From NCBI RefSeq assembly GCF_002105155.1, contig NW_019029018.1, positions 1 through 64,000 on the forward strand: a stretch of 64,000 bases of DNA. Direction: 5' to 3'. A program made the translations under genes and the position numbers. Shown here one piece after another: positions 58,579-64,000 of the stretch. The DNA is from Lobosporangium transversale. Taxonomy: Eukaryota. The notes under the pieces were generated by a model. That model did not search any database and had not been told where the DNA came from. It saw only the letters and a program-made list of their open reading frames with translations. How positions within the stretch are numbered: the stretch's first letter is position 1; every line of letters starts with the position of its first letter.

Positions 58579-59080
58579 TGTAAATAGTAACAATCAAAGG
58601 TGATCTTAGGTGGAATCGAAGGTCAAAGGATACTTTATTTGGCTATAACGTAGTGGACTATTTATACTGATAATTGATAGGGTTGGGGCTTGGTGTCTTG
58701 GCACTTGGGCTTGGCGTCTTGGCGCCTGGGGTGCGCGTGATAGTTGAGCCCTCCTCAAAGGTTTGAGTCAGTATTGTATAACACGTTTGCATCCTTCCCG
58801 TCAAAAATGAAGGAGATCATAAATCGAAGAAGAAAAGAGAAAAAAAAAAAAAAATTGATGGAAATAAAGAAAACGAAGAGAAGAGAGGGGAAATAAATAA
58901 AATAATAAATAAAAAAAAATTGATGTGGTGATGTCTGATTGGTTAAAATTACTGGTCATGCGGTTCATGCAGATCATGTGGATGAGGATGGGTGAATGAG
59001 TGGCGATGGAGTTGGTGAGTTCGTGTTGCATTCTTTCCTCATTCCTCTTTGCTTATTTCAAAAAAAGGAAAAAAGTCTCC

Positions 59081-59728
59081 ATGATGTCTTCACGCAAGGC
59101 TTCTCATCCAATGCCACTGCGTAAAGGTCGTGCTCCTTCTGGTGGCGTGTTTTCTGAAGTTGTATTGACACAGCGGTCGGCGGTACCAAGCTCCCAGGGT
59201 TCTTCAGATGACCCTGACGCCACACAGCCTTATTCTGTGCCTCAGGAGGAAGAGCTAGATACGAGGTTGGAATTGTCTCCACGTCTTTCACCTGTAATCT
59301 TGGGGCGGATGCTACCGAAGGAGGAGTATCCTGAGGTGGGCGATTCGCCAACTGTGAGGGAAGCCAGAGATCATGTGGAGTCGAGTACTTCAGCGACGTC
59401 GGGAGTGGAGGGGGCTGGGGTCCGTTTGGCTTCTGTAAGTTCGACGAGTGACAATGCACAGTGGGAAGCTGTTGATGGAGAGGATGGTCCTGAGGAGCCG
59501 GAGAGGCGACGGAAGAGGAGTCGTCATGAGGGACCGAGGCTGTCGATGATAAGAGAGTGTTCTTCGCTGATAGCGTTTGAGTTTCGTGCATTGCAGACCC
59601 AGGATGTGAGTGTAGAAGAGCGAGCACGGGAACGTCGTCGATTGATGGAGGAAATGGCGGTTGTTACCATGCTGGAGTGGGCAGAGAAGGGAGGTAAAAG
59701 GAAGAGAGGAAGAGAGGAAAGGAGATAG
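59081..59728 (+). CDS. Antisense accessory ORF inside Gypsy-D, 215 aa, function unknown
   Basis: ATG-initiated, higher-GC ORF between pol and the PPT. It ends TAG TAA with AATAAA downstream and has basic clusters RRRKRSRH and KRKRGR. Confidence 0.6.
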   Translation: MMSSRKASHPMPLRKGRAPSGGVFSEVVLTQRSAVPSSQGSSDDPDATQPYSVPQEEELDTRLELSPRLSPVILGRMLPKEEYPEVGDSPTVREARDHVESSTSATSGVEGAGVRLASVSSTSDNAQWEAVDGEDGPEEPERRRKRSRHEGPRLSMIRECSSLIAFEFRALQTQDVSVEERARERRRLMEEMAVVTMLEWAEKGGKRKRGREERR

Positions 59729-59798
59729 TAAAAGAAGAAAGGAAGAGAGAAGAGAAAAAAAAAGAAGAAAAATAAAACAGAGAAAAATAATTTTGGTG

Positions 59799-62700
59799 TT
59801 ACTGTTGCATTTTTTGAAATTCCTCCAGTGCTTCTTTTGCATTAACTAGTGAGGATTTCCGTTCCCATGTTGCTTCTTCGTCAGGATATCCCTTCCATTT
59901 CACGAGCCACTTGGGGGTTCTGCCAAATAGTTTGTAATCCAGAATCTTTTCCACTTCATATTCTTCTTCGCCATCGACTAAATCTGGTGGGGGTCTGGCA
60001 GGTGCTCGTTCGCCGAAATTCTCCGGGGATTCGTGATAATGTCGTAATAAATCTGTATTGAAGACAGGGTGTTGTTTCATGTTCGGAGGTAGCTCGAGCT
60101 TGTACGCGTTGTCGTTGATCTTCTCTATGATTTTGAATGGTCCAATGAATTTTGGTTCTAACTTTTTGGAGGGTCGGTTTGCGTGAGCTGCGACAGTGAT
60201 ATGCTCCGTACTCAGTAAGACACTATCGCCTACAGTGAACCTGGCGGGTGATCGTGCTTTATCTGCTTGGCGTTTTTGGATGTCCTGAGCTGTCGCTATT
60301 GCGTCTTGTGCTTGCGCCAACGCAGAGGCTTGAGTGGAAATGAAGGTAGAGATAGCCGGTACATCTGTTGTTGGTGGTTTCAAGAGGGATGATGGGACAA
60401 TGGGATGATGACCGTGGTTTAGGAAAAAGGGGGAAAACCCTGTGGAGGGGTTGACGGAGTTGTTGTATGCAAATTCCATCATTGGTAAGAGCAAGTCCCA
60501 GTCATTCTGTTTGTACGAGACATAAGATCGTAGCATTTCCTCCAGGGTCCTGTTGGCTCGCTCCGTCTGTCCGTCTGTCTGAGGATGGAATGCTGTAGAC
60601 ATATGGAGTTTAGTTCCCATGAGCTTCATCAATGTGGTCCAGAAGTGTCCCGTGAATCTTGAGTCTCTGTCCGATACAATAGCTCGTGGCATGCCATGGA
60701 GTCGGAAGACATTATTGAAGAAGAATCGCGCGATATCTGAAGCAGTGTCCGTTGTATGGCTAGGGCAGAAGTGGACTTGTTTGGATAACTTGTCTACGAA
60801 TACAGTTATGGCATTGAACCCTCGGTCCGTCTTGGGTAAAGGGCCAATGAAGTCCATGGTGACAGTTTCCCATCGTTCAAGAGGTATATCGAGAGGTTTG
60901 AATAATCCGGCAGGATGATGAAGCAGTGGTTTATTTCGCTGGCACTGTTCGCATGATGCAATGTAAGTCTTGGTGTCTCGGGCCATTCGTGGCCAAAAGA
61001 AAGTCCTTCGCATGGTTTCATATGTTTTCTCGAAGCCGAGGTGGCCAGCAATGGGAGAATCATGTGCATCATGAAGTAGGAGAGCGCGAATGTTAGGATC
61101 ATTCGGGATACATAAACGTGTCTGTCCAGCGATGTTAATCCACAATAGGTCATCAGCAACAAAATAACGATCAGAGGGACTTGCCTCGCGGCAGCTTTCG
61201 TAAAGTGATCCTAACTTAAGGTCATATGGATAACACTTTATCAGGCGCTGCCGTAAGCCTGGGTCCAAACTTATTTCTATGGAGTTAATCTGCTCACTGG
61301 CGGGATCCTGCGCCTTGTGGTCAGGCCTCCTTGAGAGAGCGTCGGGGACGATGTTGTCTTTGCCTGGTTTGTACTTGAAGTTGAAGTCGTATTCTTGTAG
61401 GAGTTCCATCCATCTGGCCTGTCTCCGAGTCAGGTTTGGCTGGGTTGGAAAATGCTGCAATGTGGCATGGTCAGTATAGACAATAAAATGAGATCCATCC
61501 AAATAGTATCGCCATGTTCTTAAGGCGTGGACGACAGCTAGTAATTCTTGCTCATGGGTTGGGTAGTTTCGTTCTGCAGAGCTCAACTTTCGTGATGTAA
61601 AGGCGACAGGGCGCGATTCGCCCTTGTGATCTGTTTGGAACAAGACTGCACCAATGGCGAAACCTGATGCATCAGTTTCGACGGAAGTTGCTAGGGCAGG
61701 GTCAAAAATTCTGGGTACGGGTGCCATGGTGACTGCCTGCTTCAGTCTTTCAAAGGCCTCTTGGTGAGGCTTGCTCCAGTAGAATGTTGTAGTTGAGCCT
61801 AACAGGTCAGTAAGGGGAAGCGCGATATCAGCATAGTGGTCGATGTATTGATGATAGAAGTTTGTTAATCCAAGGAACTGCATGACGTGGCGCTGTGTTG
61901 TGGGTGTTGGCCATTCTCTAACTGCCTTAACCAGTGCTCCGTTTGTTTTGAGTCCATCTTTGGATATAACATGGCCTAGGAACTCTGTCTCCTCTTGCAT
62001 AAATGAACACTTGGAAAGCTTGCAAAAGAGGCCTGCCTTGCGTAGGAGCCTAAGAACGTTTCTGATGTCTTGTAGATGTTGCTCTTTGTTATCAGAATAA
62101 ATCAGTATATCATCTAGGTAAACTACGGTGCATTTATCCAGCACAGGATCCAACACGTTGCGCATCATGGCTGAAAAGGCGGCAGGTGCGTTGGTGAGTC
62201 CGAAAGGGACGACGTTAAACTCATAGTGACCGTAGCGTGTTCGAAATGCCGTTTTATGTCGGTCGTCTGGATGAACGCGCATTTGATGATATCCGGATAG
62301 TAAGTCGAGCTTTGTAAAAAATCGTGCTGTCCTGAAACGATCTATTAGTTCGTCGATTCTTGGTAGTGGATGGCGATTCTTACGGGTTATTTTGTTTAAT
62401 CCTCTGTAGTCTACGCACATCCTCAGTCCGCCATCCTTCTTTTTAACGAATAAAACTGGCGCTCCGTAGGGTGATGTACTTGGAGAGATGAAGCCTTTGC
62501 GCAGTAGTTCTGTGAGTTGTGTTTTTAGTTCGTCTAATTCAGCAATTGATAAGCGAATGACTGGTCTTACAGGTGGATCGGTATTATTTTCAGTCTCGAT
62601 TCGCATGCTATCGCCACGATCCTGAGGGAGTCCGTCCGGTAGTGTGTCAGGAAAGAGGTCTGGAAATTCTACTTGGACAATTTGTTGAATCGATTCGGGT

Positions 62701-63635
62701 AGTGTTGAGTCTAGGTTTGTTGGTGGTGAAGTGGTTCTTACTTGGGCCAAGAATGTTGTCGTTTCGGGTTCTAATGCTAATGCAGCAAAGTTTATGGCAG
62801 AAAGGCAATTTTGACGAGCGGAGGAGGAGGTATGCCCTCGACATTCCCATAGTATGTGTTTACCATCGTGTTCAAAGTGTAAATCGTTAGTGCGCCAGTT
62901 GATTTGGGGATTGACTGCGGTTAGCCAAGGTTTCCCTAGGATGAGATCATATTTTTTCGAGGGGTAGATGATACTTTGAATCTTTTCACCATAGGAACCA
63001 CGTTCAAGGGTAACAGATGCGGTTCCTGGGGACATGACTGCTGTGCCATTCGGATGAATGATAGGGATAGGGTTCGCGTTGTCTATGATAATGTTATGTT
63101 TTCTGCAAAATTTTGAACTCAATACATTTCCTTCTGCTCCACCATCAATGAGGATTCGCGCAGGGTGTCCGTTGACGGCCCCAATGAAGGTTAGTAGTCG
63201 TCTCGCATTGGTGTAGACAGCGGACAGGGATTGGAGGTGTGTGGCATGACGACGACGACGGGGTGGTTTACTAGCAAGGTGTTCGTGGGAAGTAGAGGGG
63301 GCAGGTGAATTTTCATTTGTGTCTTGGTTTGAAGATGATTTGATTTCAGTGACAGATGACGCGGGATGGGAATCGGGGGAGAGGTGATTTAGGGAATCCG
63401 GAGGAATGGAAGTGGTGTGGTGCAAGGTGCTTTTAGAGGGTAGAGATAAGAGAGAGGATAGAGAAAATATGGGAGGGGAGCGAGAAGGCATAATCATGGA
63501 TTTAGGAGAACTAGAGTTTTTATTACTGTTGTTACTACTTAAATCCATATGACTACGCCCTCTAGAGCCCAGGACTCGAGGGTTGGTGGTGAGAGCGAGG
63601 CTGGCCTGGTCTACAGCTCGCTCTCCTCTTTTCCC
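59799..63635 (-). CDS. pol: Gypsy-D Pol (PR-RT-RH-INT-chromodomain), reached by -1 frameshift
   Basis: All domains are intact. The frame is open back to GGGAAAA at 63635-63629. Confidence 0.95.
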   Translation of the reverse strand, partial: GKRGERAVDQASLALTTNPRVLGSRGRSHMDLSSNNSNKNSSSPKSMIMPSRSPPIFSLSSLLSLPSKSTLHHTTSIPPDSLNHLSPDSHPASSVTEIKSSSNQDTNENSPAPSTSHEHLASKPPRRRRHATHLQSLSAVYTNARRLLTFIGAVNGHPARILIDGGAEGNVLSSKFCRKHNIIIDNANPIPIIHPNGTAVMSPGTASVTLERGSYGEKIQSIIYPSKKYDLILGKPWLTAVNPQINWRTNDLHFEHDGKHILWECRGHTSSSARQNCLSAINFAALALEPETTTFLAQVRTTSPPTNLDSTLPESIQQIVQVEFPDLFPDTLPDGLPQDRGDSMRIETENNTDPPVRPVIRLSIAELDELKTQLTELLRKGFISPSTSPYGAPVLFVKKKDGGLRMCVDYRGLNKITRKNRHPLPRIDELIDRFRTARFFTKLDLLSGYHQMRVHPDDRHKTAFRTRYGHYEFNVVPFGLTNAPAAFSAMMRNVLDPVLDKCTVVYLDDILIYSDNKEQHLQDIRNVLRLLRKAGLFCKLSKCSFMQEETEFLGHVISKDGLKTNGALVKAVREWPTPTTQRHVMQFLGLTNFYHQYIDHYADIALPLTDLLGSTTTFYWSKPHQEAFERLKQAVTMAPVPRIFDPALATSVETDASGFAIGAVLFQTDHKGESRPVAFTSRKLSSAERNYPTHEQELLAVVHALRTWRYYLDGSHFIVYTDHATLQHFPTQPNLTRRQARWMELLQEYDFNFKYKPGKDNIVPDALSRRPDHKAQDPASEQINSIEISLDPGLRQRLIKCYPYDLKLGSLYESCREASPSDRYFVADDLLWINIAGQTRLCIPNDPNIRALLLHDAHDSPIAGHLGFEKTYETMRRTFFWPRMARDTKTYIASCEQCQRNKPLLHHPAGLFKPLDIPLERWETVTMDFIGPLPKTDRGFNAITVFVDKLSKQVHFCPSHTTDTASDIARFFFNNVFRLHGMPRAIVSDRDSRFTGHFWTTLMKLMGTKLHMSTAFHPQTDGQTERANRTLEEMLRSYVSYKQNDWDLLLPMMEFAYNNSVNPSTGFSPFFLNHGHHPIVPSSLLKPPTTDVPAISTFISTQASALAQAQDAIATAQDIQKRQADKARSPARFTVGDSVLLSTEHITVAAHANRPSKKLEPKFIGPFKIIEKINDNAYKLELPPNMKQHPVFNTDLLRHYHESPENFGERAPARPPPDLVDGEEEYEVEKILDYKLFGRTPKWLVKWKGYPDEEATWERKSSLVNAKEALEEFQKMQQ

Positions 63636-64000
63636 GAGTCGTCGTAGTCGTCTTGTTGTTCCAGGTTGTTCAAGTTCCTAGTCACGCGGCAGTTCTTGGC
63701 CATGTGTCCCTTCTTTCTGCAGCGAAAGCAAGCGCCTGCGCGGCGCAGTTTTGTTCTGTCATTTTCGGTGAGCTTGGAGAGTGGTCTGTTGTTAGTCGAG
63801 GGGGGGCGATGGAAGTTCGCTAAGCCTGTGGAGTTTGTACTCTGTAGTAGGAAGTTATTGAACATCATCTGCATTGCGTCTAGGTCCATCGGGGTCGGTG
63901 TGGGTTGGCTTGTTTGGCTTGTCATGATGGGGGGTCTAGAGGAATGTAAAATGCTGTGGATCATCGTAGCCTGCTTGATGGCCTGGTTGAGAGTCTGAGG
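63611..64000 (-). CDS. gag: Gypsy-D Gag, partial (C-terminus only)
   Basis: PMDLD and CFRCRKKGHMAKNC motifs. Confidence 0.9.
   Translation of the reverse strand, partial: PQTLNQAIKQATMIHSILHSSRPPIMTSQTSQPTPTPMDLDAMQMMFNNFLLQSTNSTGLANFHRPPSTNNRPLSKLTENDRTKLRRAGACFRCRKKGHMAKNCRVTRNLNNLEQQDDYDDSGKEESEL

Larger units (their letters stand above)
58579..64000 (-). mobile_element. Ty3/Gypsy chromovirus D (related to B), running off the window
   Basis: 3' LTR 58579-58791, the same PPT as Gypsy-B, intact pol, and the gag 3' end at 63611-64000. Confidence 0.95.

Noticed and set aside
59058..59842. Sense-strand ORFs 59058-59627 and 59390-59842 as an env-like gene
   Set aside because: No credible env features. 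They look like shadows of the antisense ORF and the A-rich flank.

Overview
Eukaryotic, intron-containing fungal DNA. The gene families (ARM-NACHT-pentapeptide-WD40 NLR, Crinkler effectors, DIRS and chromoviral retroelements) point to Mortierellaceae/Mucoromycota; this is an inference from family content. The window is a dense nest of transposons: two DIRS1-type tyrosine-recombinase retrotransposons, four Ty3/Gypsy families, three Tc1-like families, a hAT and MITEs, nearly all inserted into one another. Between them lie conflict-type genes: an NLR with one frameshift, one intact and two decayed Crinkler NTPase/REase genes, and an intact 6-exon PD-(D/E)XK nuclease gene. There is also an orphan 28S rRNA 3' fragment. 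The most notable observations are: a structured ~209-bp tandem array ending just upstream of the nuclease gene; an extra antisense gene inside one chromovirus; a possible decayed Fanzor/TnpB-like locus (speculative); covarying -1 frameshift pseudoknots; DIRS elements whose recombinase frame stays open across gag and pol; 86-bp LTRs; a DD39E Tc1; and phase-1 micro-exons at the Crinkler hinge. All calls were made by eye, without database searches.
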